A stretch of 24,000 nt of DNA from Hyphomicrobiales bacterium (lineage in GTDB: Bacteria; Pseudomonadota; Alphaproteobacteria; Rhizobiales; Methyloligellaceae), in NCBI GenBank assembly GCA_022361215.1, contig JAKSBI010000368.1, forward strand, positions 6,579 to 30,578. The letters run 5' to 3'. Made by a program: the position numbers and the translations under genes. The notes beneath the pieces were generated by a model that did not search any database, was not told where the DNA came from, and saw nothing but the letters and a program-made list of their open reading frames with translations. Shown here piece after piece: positions 1-7,552 of this stretch (the stretch's first letter is position 1; each line of letters starts with the position of its first letter).

Positions 1-630
1 CGAGATCGGCGCGAGCGGGGCGAGCACGAGAGAGGTCGCGAGATTCGACGCATTGAACTGACCGAGTGCCGCATAAGGTATCACCTTGAGCCAGTTCACG
101 GCGGCAAAGAATATGACGGACGTGCCGGCAAACAGCAGGGGCGGCAGGCGTTGCGGAAGCAGATACATCTGCAGCGGCGGGCCGCCGGCGTGGGAGACGA
201 ACGAGGTGAAGCCCGCCACGGCCCCCCAGAAGGCACCTGCCAGCGGTCTGGGCCCGCCGGTCTTGGCCGAGCGCCTGGCCAGCCAATAGTCCAGCGAGAA
301 AAGCAGCGCGACGATACCGACGATCAGCCGGACATGGGCATCGGAGACATGCTCGGCCGTGAACCATCCGATGCTGACGCCCACGACCGCTCCCGGGATG
401 AGGATCTTGAGGTTCGCGGCATCCCAGATCCGCCGATAGGCCCACAACGCGAACACGTCCATGGCGAGTAGGATCGGTAGCAGGATGCCCGCAGCCTGGA
501 TCGGCGGCACGACCAGCGACATCAGCGGCACGGCCAACATGCCGAGCGCGCCCATGAAGCCGCCTTTGGCCAGCCCCATGATGACGACAGCGGGCACGGC
601 GACGGCATAGAAGAGGGGGTCTGTGATCAT
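1..630 (-). CDS. TSUP / TauE-SafE (DUF81) family membrane permease; 3' end cut by the window edge
   Basis: Absent from the ORF track because it runs off the window. My reverse-strand translation from the ATG (complement of 628-630) stays open to base 1: MITDPLFYAVAVPAVVIMGLAKGGFMGALGMLAVPLMSLVVPPIQAAGILLPILLAMDVFALWAYRR...FWGAVAGFTSFVSHAGGPPLQMYLLPQRLP. The Gly-rich multi-TM pattern is typical of TauE/SafE anion exporters. The + strand ORFs 86-289 and 151-471 are its shadows. Confidence 0.8.
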   Translation of the reverse strand, partial: MITDPLFYAVAVPAVVIMGLAKGGFMGALGMLAVPLMSLVVPPIQAAGILLPILLAMDVFALWAYRRIWDAANLKILIPGAVVGVSIGWFTAEHVSDAHVRLIVGIVALLFSLDYWLARRSAKTGGPRPLAGAFWGAVAGFTSFVSHAGGPPLQMYLLPQRLPPLLFAGTSVIFFAAVNWLKVIPYAALGQFNASNLATSLVLAPLAPIS

Positions 631-667
631 GGTGGAAGGTCTGCCGCGCGCGTTCTTTGTTTTTCTA

Positions 668-762
668 AAGCATGTCTCCCGAAAGTGGATATCGGTTTCG
701 GGAGACATGCTTCAAGAAAGAGCTAGAGCATGGCGCGAATCAGAATGATCGCGCCATGCTCT
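668..762. repeat. Tandem perfect palindromes (REP/RIME-like intergenic element)
   Basis: Hairpin 1: AAGCATGTCTCCCGAAA (668-684) and TTTCGGGAGACATGCTT (696-712), a 17-bp perfect stem with an 11-nt loop. Hairpin 2: AGAGCATGGCGCGA (725-738) and TCGCGCCATGCTCT (749-762), a 14-bp perfect stem with a 10-nt loop. The element sits in the divergent intergenic region between the TSUP gene and prpE. The 'GAGCTAGAGCAT...ATGCTCT' wording resembles intergenic palindromic repeats I recall from Rhizobiales genomes (memory only, not searched). Confidence 0.6.
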
Positions 763-954
763 GGGGGAGGTGCCGAGACAGCCGCTCGGTCCTTAGACGA
801 TTGGTCCTAATGCCATAGTCTACCGTGCGAAAGTCTACGCGCCGTGCGGTTGCAAATGGCGATCATGCATGAAAAGAAATTTGAGCCTGCGAGCTCTGTC
901 TGGGGAGGACAGGCGCGGACAAGCCGCCGGACATGTGGAACGAGTCGGGAGGAC

Positions 955-2865
955 ATGATGTCAAGCCGCTATCATGAGGTTTACCAGGGCTGGAAGTCCG
1001 ATCCGGAAGGCTTCTGGGCCGAGGCCGCAAAGGGCATCGATTGGGTGAAGCCGGCCGACAAGGTCTTCGATGGCGAGGCCGGATTGGCCGGCCGCTGGTT
1101 TGTCGGCGCGGAGTGCAACACCTGCTTTAACTGCGTCGATCGTCATGCGGAAGGAGGCCGTGCCGACCAGGCTGCCTTGATCTACGACAGCCCGATCACC
1201 GGCAACAAGAGGACGCTTACTTTCGCCGATCTCCTGGAGGAGGTGCAACTCTTCGGTGCTGTCCTGGAGGATCTGGGCGTTGGCAAGGGCGATCGGGTCA
1301 TCCTCTATATGCCGATGGTCCCCGAGGCGGTGATCGCCATGCTGGCCTGCGCGCGCATCGGAGCGGTTCATTCCGTCGTGTTCGGTGGGTTCGCGGCCAA
1401 CGAGCTTGCGACCCGCATCGACGACGCCAAGCCCAAGGTTATGGTCACCGCATCCTGCGGCATCGAGCCGGGCCGTGTCGTCGAATACAAGCCGCTGTTG
1501 GACCAGGCGATCGAAACGGCGGCATGGAAGCCCTCCGGCTGTGTCGTCTATCAGCGTCCGCAGGCGCAGGCGTCGATGATCGAGGGGCGCGATCACGACT
1601 GGGCCGCGCTTGTCGAGACCGCCCGCACCGCCGGGCGCAAGGCCGACTGTGTCACCGTGGCCGCGACCGATCCGCTCTATATTCTCTACACCTCCGGCAC
1701 GACCGGTCAGCCCAAGGGTGTCGTCCGCGACAATGGCGGGCACATGGTGGCGCTCCATTGGACCATGAAGAACCTCTACGGTGTCGAGCCCGGCGAGGTC
1801 TATTGGGCTGCCTCCGATGTCGGCTGGGTGGTCGGCCACTCCTACATCGTCTACGCACCCCTGCTGCACGGTAACACCACGATCGTGTTCGAGGGCAAGC
1901 CCGTCGGCACGCCGGACGCCGGCGTGTTCTGGCGCGTGATTTCGGAGCACAATGTCGGCACCCTGTTCACGGCGCCGACGGCGTTCCGCGCCATCAAGAA
2001 GGAGGACCCGGGCGGCGATCTGATCGGTCAGTACGATCTCTCCGGGTTCCGGACCCTGTTCCTGGCCGGCGAGCGGGCGGACCCCGATACGCTCGAATGG
2101 GCCGAGGCCAAGCTCCGCGTGCCGGTCATCGATCACTGGTGGCAGACCGAAACGGGGTGGGCCATTGCGGCGAATGCGGTCGGTCTCGGAACCTTGCCTA
2201 TCAAGCACGGGTCACCGACAGTGGCGATGCCGGGCTATGACCTTCAGGTCCTGGATGAGACCGGCGTCGAGGTTGCGCGCAACGCAACCGGCAACATCGC
2301 GATCAAGCTGCCGCTGCCGCCGGGCTGCCTGCCCAGGCTTTGGAACGCGGAGGAGCGGTTCCGCGAGAGCTACCTCACGGAGTATGACGGCTACTACAAC
2401 ACGTCGGACGCCGGCTACATGGACGAAGACGGCTACATCTACGTGATGTCCCGGACCGACGACATCATCAATGTCGCCGGACACCGGCTCTCCACGGGTG
2501 CGATGGAGGAGGTGGTGGCCAGCCATCCCGACGTTGCCGAATGCGCCGTGATCGGGATCGCGGACCAGCTCAAGGGTCAGATCCCGGCAGGCTTCCTGGT
2601 CCTGAATGCCGGAGTCGATCGGGATACGGGAGAGATCGAGCGGGAAGTGGTCGGTCTCGTGCGCGAGAAGATCGGTCCCGTCGCCGCCTTCAAGCTGGTG
2701 CTGACGGTGCATCGCCTGCCGAAGACCCGGTCCGGCAAGATCCTGCGCGCGACCATGCGTAGCATTGCCGATGGCCAGGAGTATCGTATGCCGGCAACGA
2801 TTGACGATCCGGTCATCTTGAATGAGATCACGGATGCTTTGAGAGACAGGGGGATCCCAGCCTAA
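955..2865 (+). CDS. prpE: Propionate--CoA ligase (propionyl-CoA synthetase), acyl-adenylate-forming family
   Basis: Track ORF 844-2865 trimmed to ATG 955, which has the SD GGGAGGA at 946-952. AMP-binding motif YTSGTTGQPKG. Long blocks are near-identical in pattern to E. coli PrpE: ACARIGAVHSVVFGGFA, SDVGWVVGHSYIVYAPLL, PVIDHWWQTETGW, LPPGC, RTDDIINVAGHRL, LPKTRSGKILR, TIDDP. The 636-aa length fits PrpE. Confidence 0.88.
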   Translation: MMSSRYHEVYQGWKSDPEGFWAEAAKGIDWVKPADKVFDGEAGLAGRWFVGAECNTCFNCVDRHAEGGRADQAALIYDSPITGNKRTLTFADLLEEVQLFGAVLEDLGVGKGDRVILYMPMVPEAVIAMLACARIGAVHSVVFGGFAANELATRIDDAKPKVMVTASCGIEPGRVVEYKPLLDQAIETAAWKPSGCVVYQRPQAQASMIEGRDHDWAALVETARTAGRKADCVTVAATDPLYILYTSGTTGQPKGVVRDNGGHMVALHWTMKNLYGVEPGEVYWAASDVGWVVGHSYIVYAPLLHGNTTIVFEGKPVGTPDAGVFWRVISEHNVGTLFTAPTAFRAIKKEDPGGDLIGQYDLSGFRTLFLAGERADPDTLEWAEAKLRVPVIDHWWQTETGWAIAANAVGLGTLPIKHGSPTVAMPGYDLQVLDETGVEVARNATGNIAIKLPLPPGCLPRLWNAEERFRESYLTEYDGYYNTSDAGYMDEDGYIYVMSRTDDIINVAGHRLSTGAMEEVVASHPDVAECAVIGIADQLKGQIPAGFLVLNAGVDRDTGEIEREVVGLVREKIGPVAAFKLVLTVHRLPKTRSGKILRATMRSIADGQEYRMPATIDDPVILNEITDALRDRGIPA

Positions 2866-2972
2866 CGCAGATTGCGCTGCATTGGGATGGTTTCCGTTGG
2901 CGTGAAAAGGCGCTAGCCTCGGCCCCGTTCGCATTCGAGAGCCCTACGGCAGAGAGGGCCAGAGGGGAGGTT

Positions 2973-3767
2973 ATGTCTTTCGAGGACAAGGTGGTCATCG
3001 TCACCGGTGCCGCCCGCGGAATCGGGCGCGCCTGTGCCGAGCGGTTCGCCCAAGAGGGCGCCAACGTCGTTCTTGCCGACATCGACGAGGATCGCGGCGA
3101 GAAGGTGGAAGAGGAGCTCACGGAGGCGGGCCATACGGCGCGGTTCATTGGCTGCGACATTGCCGAGAAACTGGACATCCGCAATCTGATCGCTGCAACG
3201 CTGGAGGCGCACGGTCGGATCGACGTGCTCGTCAACAATGCTGCGATCCTGGACAGCGCGCCGTTTCTCGAGCTGGAGGAGGACGCCTTCGACAGAGTCC
3301 TGCGCGTCAATCTCAAAGGCACGTTTCTCATGGGACAGGCTGTCGCCAGGCAGATGGTGGCTCAGGTCGAGGAGGGGGATCCGCCGGGAGCCATCGTCAA
3401 TCTGTCGTCCGTCAATGCCGTGTTCGCTCTGCCCGACCATGTCGCCTACACCATGTCCAAGGGCGGCATCGCGCAGCTCACCAAGGCTATGGCCCTGTCG
3501 CTCGCCGACCGGGGCATTCGCGTGAACGCCATAGGCCCCGGAAGCATCATGACCCCCATGCTCGAACAGGTCGCCGAGGACAAGGAGGCGATGGCGCGCA
3601 TCATGTCGCGTACACCGGTGGGACGGTTTGGCGAAGCAGCGGAAATTGCGGCGATCGCCGTTTTCCTGGCAAGCCCCGAGGCCAGCTACATCACCGGTAC
3701 CACGGTCTACGCCGACGGCGGGCGCCTTGCGCTCAACTACGTGGTGAACCCGCCGGACAGAAGCTAA
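2973..3767 (+). CDS. Short-chain dehydrogenase/reductase (classical SDR, FabG/glucose-dehydrogenase-like); substrate unknown
   Basis: 264 aa with the SD GAGGGGAGG just upstream. Cofactor motif TGAARGIGRA, NNAA, catalytic S...YTMSKGG (YxxxK), and PG motif IGPGSI. Confidence 0.9.
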   Translation: MSFEDKVVIVTGAARGIGRACAERFAQEGANVVLADIDEDRGEKVEEELTEAGHTARFIGCDIAEKLDIRNLIAATLEAHGRIDVLVNNAAILDSAPFLELEEDAFDRVLRVNLKGTFLMGQAVARQMVAQVEEGDPPGAIVNLSSVNAVFALPDHVAYTMSKGGIAQLTKAMALSLADRGIRVNAIGPGSIMTPMLEQVAEDKEAMARIMSRTPVGRFGEAAEIAAIAVFLASPEASYITGTTVYADGGRLALNYVVNPPDRS

Positions 3768-3789
3768 TCCAATCCATACGCCGGAAAGC

Positions 3790-4659
3790 CTATGACGCCT
3801 CGTCCGGCGCATCGGACGGCTCGTCCGACGCATCTGAGTCGTCCTCGAGCTTCAGCTCCTTGAGCTTGGCAAAGACGGATTCCGCTTCAGCCATGGCGTC
3901 CTCGGCTGTCACGGGCTCTTCAGAGGGCTGCGACGGGGCGGACGCGATACCGACATCGGCCAGCGTCGGCTCTGGCGTCGCTCCCGGCATATCCGCCGCG
4001 GCGATCAACGCGGCCACCGGCGGGTCTTCGGCCGGGGCGAGCGGCACGGCCGGCTCGCCGGTGGTCTTGTCGGCCGGCAACAGCGATCCGCCCTTGACCT
4101 GATCCTTTTCGGCTTCCTTCTGCTCACGCTCGAGACGCCGTGCGGCCCGTTTCACCTCTTTGTCCAGATCGGTCTGCGAGCACAGACCGAGGGTGACAGG
4201 GTCGCTCGGCTGTAGGTTGGGCGAGTTCCAGTGCGTGCGTTCGCGGATCGACTGTATCGTCGGCTTGGTCGTTCCAACCAGCCGCATGACTTGCGAGTCG
4301 CGCAGCTCGGGATGGCTGCGGAGCAGCCAGAGAATGGCGTTGGGCCGATCCTGGCGGCGGGAGACGGGCGTATAGCGCGGACCCTTCTTGGTCTCCACCA
4401 CCGGGATCTCGACTTTCGCTTCTGCCAGCTTCAGCCGGTAGCTCGAGTCTTCCTGGCCGCGCTTGATCTCGTCTCGCGTCAACTGGCCCGACGCGATGGG
4501 ATCCATCCCCTTGATGCCTTGCGCGACATCACCGTCGGCTATGCCTTTCACCTCGAGTACATGGAGGTTGCAGAATTCGGCGATCTGCTCAAACGTCAGC
4601 GATGTGTTGTCCACGAGCCAGACGGCCGTCGCTTTGGGCATCAATGGTTGTCGTGACAT
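3790..4659 (-). CDS. DUF1013 family protein (TrcR-like cell-cycle transcriptional regulator family) with acidic low-complexity C-terminal tail
   Basis: 289 aa with the SD GGAGGA upstream of the ATG (complement of 4657-4659). The N-terminal ~185 aa match the alphaproteobacterial DUF1013 pattern as I recall it: PLMPKATAVWLVDNTSLTFEQIAEFCNLH..EVKGIADG, GPRYTPVSRRQDRPNAILWLLRSHPEL, THWNSPNL.P.DPVTLGLCSQ.DLD. The last ~100 aa are rich in P/A/E/D. Confidence 0.85.
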   Translation of the reverse strand: MSRQPLMPKATAVWLVDNTSLTFEQIAEFCNLHVLEVKGIADGDVAQGIKGMDPIASGQLTRDEIKRGQEDSSYRLKLAEAKVEIPVVETKKGPRYTPVSRRQDRPNAILWLLRSHPELRDSQVMRLVGTTKPTIQSIRERTHWNSPNLQPSDPVTLGLCSQTDLDKEVKRAARRLEREQKEAEKDQVKGGSLLPADKTTGEPAVPLAPAEDPPVAALIAAADMPGATPEPTLADVGIASAPSQPSEEPVTAEDAMAEAESVFAKLKELKLEDDSDASDEPSDAPDEAS

Positions 4660-4732
4660 GGAAGAGTCCTCCGGTCTCCCGCCCCCTTCCGGCGCGAGAG
4701 CCCATAACGAATTTTGAAGGGGAAGACCCCGA

Positions 4733-4760
4733 ATATAGGCGCGCCGGCGCTCAGAGGCAA
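4733..4760 (-). promoter_or_regulatory. Putative sigma-70-type promoter of the DUF1013/TrcR-like gene
   Basis: The reverse strand reads TTGCCT-N16-CTATAT (-35 at 4755-4760, -10 at 4733-4738). CTATAT matches the alphaproteobacterial -10 consensus. A GANTC site (4767-4771) lies immediately upstream of the -35. This is a motif match only. Confidence 0.4.
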
Positions 4761-4784
4761 TCGCTGGAATCTCCGCGCCGACGG

Positions 4785-5777
4785 TCAGGGCGTCAGCACG
4801 ATCTTGCCGATATGGGCGCTCGCCTCCATGTGCCGGTGCGCTTCGCTGGCATCGGACAGCGCAAAGGTGGCGTCGATCACGGGGGAGATCTTTCCCACCT
4901 CAAGCAATGGCCACACCCGATCGACCAGCGCTTCGGCAATGGCGCCTTTGACGGCAAGAGGCCGTGCACGCAGGGTGGAGCCCGTAAAGGTCAGGCGTTT
5001 CAGCATCAGGCGCGTGAAATCGACTTCGGCCTTGGCACCGCCGAGAAAGGCGATTTGAACGATGCGGCCGTCCGGCGCGGCGGCCTTGAAGTTCCGCTCG
5101 ATGTAGTCGCCACCGACCATGTCGAGAATGACGTCGGCGCCGTGGCCGTCGGTGGCCCCTTTCACAACGTCGACGAAATCCTCCTCGCGGTAGTTGATGG
5201 CGCGCACGGCGCCGAGCTTTTCGCAAGCCTTGCACTTCTCCGGCGAGCCCGCGGTCGTCAGCACCTTCGCACCGAGCGCCGATGCGAGTTGAATGGCCGT
5301 GGTGCCGATTCCGCTCGAGCCGCCATGGACGAGAAGCCACTCGCCGGCCGCGAGCGCCCCGCGCTCGAAGACATTGTGCCAGACAGTGAAGAACGTCTCG
5401 GGAAGAGCGGCGGCCTGAACGAGATTGAGACTTGCGGGAACGGGCAGGGCGGCAACGTCGTCCGCAAGACAAAACTCCGCATAGCCGCCGCCGGAAACCA
5501 GGGCGCAGACCGAGTCGCCCACGGCGAAACGCCCGGTGTCCGGCCCGGTGGCGACGACTTTGCCGGCGATCTCCAGGCCGGGTATCTCCGAGGCGCCTTT
5601 CGGCGCTGGGTAGAGCCCCATGCGTTGCAGCACGTCCGGCCGGTTGACGCCGGCGGCCGCGACTGCGACGAGGAGCTGTCCCGAGCCGGGCTCGGGGACT
5701 GGCACCGTGCGCGCTTCTAGGACCTCTGGGCCACCGGGCTGCGCGATACCGATGGCGGTCATCTTTTTCTGGCTCAT
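4785..5777 (-). CDS. NAD(P)H:quinone oxidoreductase, zinc-independent MDR family (Qor/PIG3-like)
   Basis: Track ORF 4785-5828 (TTG start) trimmed to ATG at 5777; ATG at 5762 is also possible and neither has a strong SD. Motifs: GVNRPD, PGLE.AG.V, LVHGGSSGIGTTAIQLA (Rossmann), and C-terminal HIGKIVL. Confidence 0.85.
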   Translation of the reverse strand: MSQKKMTAIGIAQPGGPEVLEARTVPVPEPGSGQLLVAVAAAGVNRPDVLQRMGLYPAPKGASEIPGLEIAGKVVATGPDTGRFAVGDSVCALVSGGGYAEFCLADDVAALPVPASLNLVQAAALPETFFTVWHNVFERGALAAGEWLLVHGGSSGIGTTAIQLASALGAKVLTTAGSPEKCKACEKLGAVRAINYREEDFVDVVKGATDGHGADVILDMVGGDYIERNFKAAAPDGRIVQIAFLGGAKAEVDFTRLMLKRLTFTGSTLRARPLAVKGAIAEALVDRVWPLLEVGKISPVIDATFALSDASEAHRHMEASAHIGKIVLTP

Positions 5778-5936
5778 GGCGATTGTCGGAGAGGCTTGCG
5801 AATGATGTTCCGTGTCACATAGCTGCAAACGTTCCTGGCCTCAACCGTGGCCGCCCGTATCGGCCCTCATGGCCATGGTCCGCGAGCGTCGAAATCGGTC
5901 TAGAATGACTGTACGGACGATATGAGGAGAGCGCAC

Positions 5937-6125
5937 ATGGATCTCGAGGAATTGGAACCGCGAAAGAGCAAGGACTATGAGATCGGCGGCGACCTCTCGA
6001 ATCTGTCGATCGAGGAGCTCAAGGCACTCGTCGCGAAACTGACATCGGAGATCGTGCGCATCGAGGACGCCGTTCGGGCGAAAGAATCGTCGATGAGCGC
6101 GGCCGACTCCGTCTTCAAGACCTAG
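5937..6125 (+). CDS. DUF1192 family small coiled-coil protein
   Basis: Track ORF 5922-6125 trimmed to ATG 5937, preceded by the SD AGGAGA (5924-5929). The sequence MDLEELEPRKSKDYEIGGDLSNLSIEELKALVAKLTSEIVRIEDAVRAKESSMSAADSVFK matches the DUF1192 pattern I recall (LEPRK...DLS.LS.EEL...EI.R....K..S...A.S.FK). Confidence 0.8.
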   Translation: MDLEELEPRKSKDYEIGGDLSNLSIEELKALVAKLTSEIVRIEDAVRAKESSMSAADSVFKT

Positions 6126-6304
6126 GCGAAAGCGGGCATCTTCGACTGATCGCTTGCCAGCCTTCTCCGCGAAATCCGGCAGCTCAAATCGGCCCGACAT
6201 CTGTTAAACCGCTGGCTTCCGGGTGGGGTGCCGAAAGCCACCGCCAATCTCCGCATAAGACTTCTTTACCCTTAACTCTTTGTTAGCAGTTGGGGGCTAA
6301 GGTT

Positions 6305-6401
6305 AAGGCCATCCAGTCATCTGGATACTGAGTGGCTCCTGTCCACTCTGTTTGACGCCTCCCTGTTAACTTCCTGAGCCGCCTTTGGCGGCTCTTTTTT
6401 T
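6305..6401 (+). ncRNA. Candidate small RNA (or processed 3' UTR of the DUF1192 gene); 5' end uncertain
   Basis: Two short hairpins: 6311-6326 (ATCCAG/tcat/CTGGAT) and 6331-6347 (AGTGG/CTCCTGT/CCACT). These are followed by a single-stranded CCUCCC (6358-6363) and a strong intrinsic terminator (6376-6401). There is no credible ORF. A weak promoter-like CTTAAC...GCTAAG lies upstream. Confidence 0.4.
6376..6401 (+). terminator. Rho-independent terminator
   Basis: GAGCCGCC (6376-6383), a ttt loop, GGCGGCTC (6387-6394), then seven Ts (6395-6401). It lies 250 nt downstream of the nearest upstream stop codon (6125). Confidence 0.8.
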
Positions 6402-6556
6402 GTTCGACATGCCCCATCGTCAGCCAAAAATTAAGCAGCCGCGATTAACCTTGGTTTCGGCTTGGGGGGCTGGGGCTTGGCCCAAACAAGAAAACGGCAC
6501 ACATTATGCTTTGTGACAGCGTAATGTATGCGTGGGTAGCGTAAAGCGAGTAAGCC

Positions 6557-7114
6557 ATGTCCGACAGCTGGAATGCCGACACCCGGGACAGCGTGACCAT
6601 TCCCTTTGGTCAGAAGTACGCGGAGTCCGAGCAGTTTAAGAGCGTCTTCCGCGAAGGTATGGCACTGGTGGAGGAGACCGCAGCCTATCTCGACGGCGAT
6701 GGACGCCGCGAAGCCAAGGCGCTGACACCGCCCGCTTCACTCGCCTATGCGACGGAGAGCATGCGGCTCACCACGCGGCTGATGCAGCTTGCGTCCTGGC
6801 TCCTGATTCGTCGTGCGGTCAACGAAGGCGAGCTGACGCCGCAGCAGGCCCTCGACGAGGGCCACAAGGTCAAGCTCAAGCCGGTCGGCAATCCGGCGCG
6901 CGCGGTCGGCTACAACGAGCTGCCGGAGCGTCTCAGGGCGCTGATCGAGGCCAGCCACCGCATGCACGAGCGCATTATCAAGCTCGACACCTTGATCCGC
7001 ACCGAGCAGGCCGAACAGGCTCCCACGGCCGCCAATCCGCTGGGCGCTCATATGGCGCGGCTTAAGGCCACGTTCAACGCCGTCGAAGCCGACGATCCGA
7101 AAGAGAAGAGCTAA
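6557..7114 (+). CDS. DUF1465 family protein (RcdA-like, regulator-of-CtrA-degradation family)
   Basis: 185 aa. The block FREGMALVEETAAYLDGDGR...AYATESMRLTTRLMQLASWLLIRRAVNEGEL matches the highly conserved DUF1465 core I recall (AESMRLTTRLMQ.ASWLL). Confidence 0.82.
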   Translation: MSDSWNADTRDSVTIPFGQKYAESEQFKSVFREGMALVEETAAYLDGDGRREAKALTPPASLAYATESMRLTTRLMQLASWLLIRRAVNEGELTPQQALDEGHKVKLKPVGNPARAVGYNELPERLRALIEASHRMHERIIKLDTLIRTEQAEQAPTAANPLGAHMARLKATFNAVEADDPKEKS

Positions 7115-7120
7115 CCGATC

Positions 7121-7140
7121 AGCGGGCCCACCAGCCCGCT
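7121..7140. terminator. Short hairpin between convergent genes (possible bidirectional terminator)
   Basis: AGCGGGC (7121-7127), loop ccacca, GCCCGCT (7134-7140). It sits in the 24-bp gap between the RcdA-like stop and the rpmE stop and overlaps the rpmE stop codon. The flanking T/A runs are weak. Confidence 0.3.
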
Positions 7141-7360
7141 ATTTGATGAAGCCTTCGTACTTCTTCTTGAAGCGGCTCAGGCGTCCCCCGCGGTCGATCA
7201 GATGTTGACTGCCGCCGGTCCACGCAGGATGCGTCTTGGGATCGATGTCCAGGGTGAGCGTGTCGCCCTCGGCCCCGTAGGTCGAGTTGGTCTCGAACTC
7301 CGTCCCATCCGTCATCACGACCTTGATCTTGTGATAGTCGGGATGAATGTCCTTTTTCAT
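7139..7360 (-). CDS. rpmE: 50S ribosomal protein L31 (cysteine-free form)
   Basis: 73 aa: [19 protein letters not shown]...HPAWTGG...[14 protein letters not shown]. This is the canonical L31 signature, and it has no CxxC zinc motif. Confidence 0.95.
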   Translation of the reverse strand: MKKDIHPDYHKIKVVMTDGTEFETNSTYGAEGDTLTLDIDPKTHPAWTGGSQHLIDRGGRLSRFKKKYEGFIK

Positions 7361-7552
7361 CGTCAGACCCTCTAGGGCGTTCGCCGTCGCGAAGTTACGT
7401 GTTGCGCGTGTCTATATCGGAAGTGCCGAGGAGGGACAAGTCGCCGCGGCCATCCGGCGCACCTGTCGATTAACGGATCGGCCAAGAGAAGGCTTGCCTC
7501 GAAATGCCGCGCTCGGGCATGCTCCGCCGACTTGTGCACGCGTCCTTTGAAC

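Noticed and set aside
844-954. N-terminal extensions offered by the ORF track for prpE (844). The same applies to qor (5828), DUF1192 (5922), the ABC exporter (7532), GNAT (9410), gap (17608), 5-FCL (18882), yebC (20877) and ruvA (21998).
   Set aside because: The extensions begin at GTG/TTG or lack an SD. They encode non-conserved, Arg/Cys/Trp-rich sequence and exceed family lengths. In each case an internal ATG with an SD or a canonical family N-terminus exists.
961-2208. Long antisense or out-of-frame ORFs throughout the track. Examples: 961-2208(-), 2913-3833(-), 4602-5720(+), 9086-9883(-), 11040-11882(+), 12362-13414(+), 13802-14989(+), 15338-16504(+), 16620-17804(-), 16700-17617(+), 18744-19493(-), 19650-20471(-), 20922-21518(-), 22280-22951(-).
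   Set aside because: Each lies opposite to, or out of frame with, a gene that has unmistakable family motifs. Their translations are Arg/Pro/Gly/Ala-rich low-complexity strings typical of shadow ORFs in GC-rich DNA. None has an SD or a recognisable domain.
6200-6410. Possibility that the structured intergenic RNA is the two-piece (permuted) alphaproteobacterial tmRNA.
   Set aside because: There is no tRNA-like acceptor/T-arm sequence (no GGTTCGA.TCC-type motif followed by CCA). There is also no ANDN...-type tag reading frame on either strand.
6431-6448. TTAA...TTAAC pair upstream of the RcdA-like gene as a CtrA box.
   Set aside because: The spacing is 10 nt rather than the 7 nt required by the TTAA-N7-TTAAC consensus.
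6409-6516. 35-codon + strand ORF (MPHRQPKIKQPRLTLVSAWGAGAWPKQENGTHYAL) between the terminator and the RcdA-like gene.
   Set aside because: It has no SD, starts 8 nt after a terminator T-tract, shows non-gene-like composition, and has no recognisable motif.
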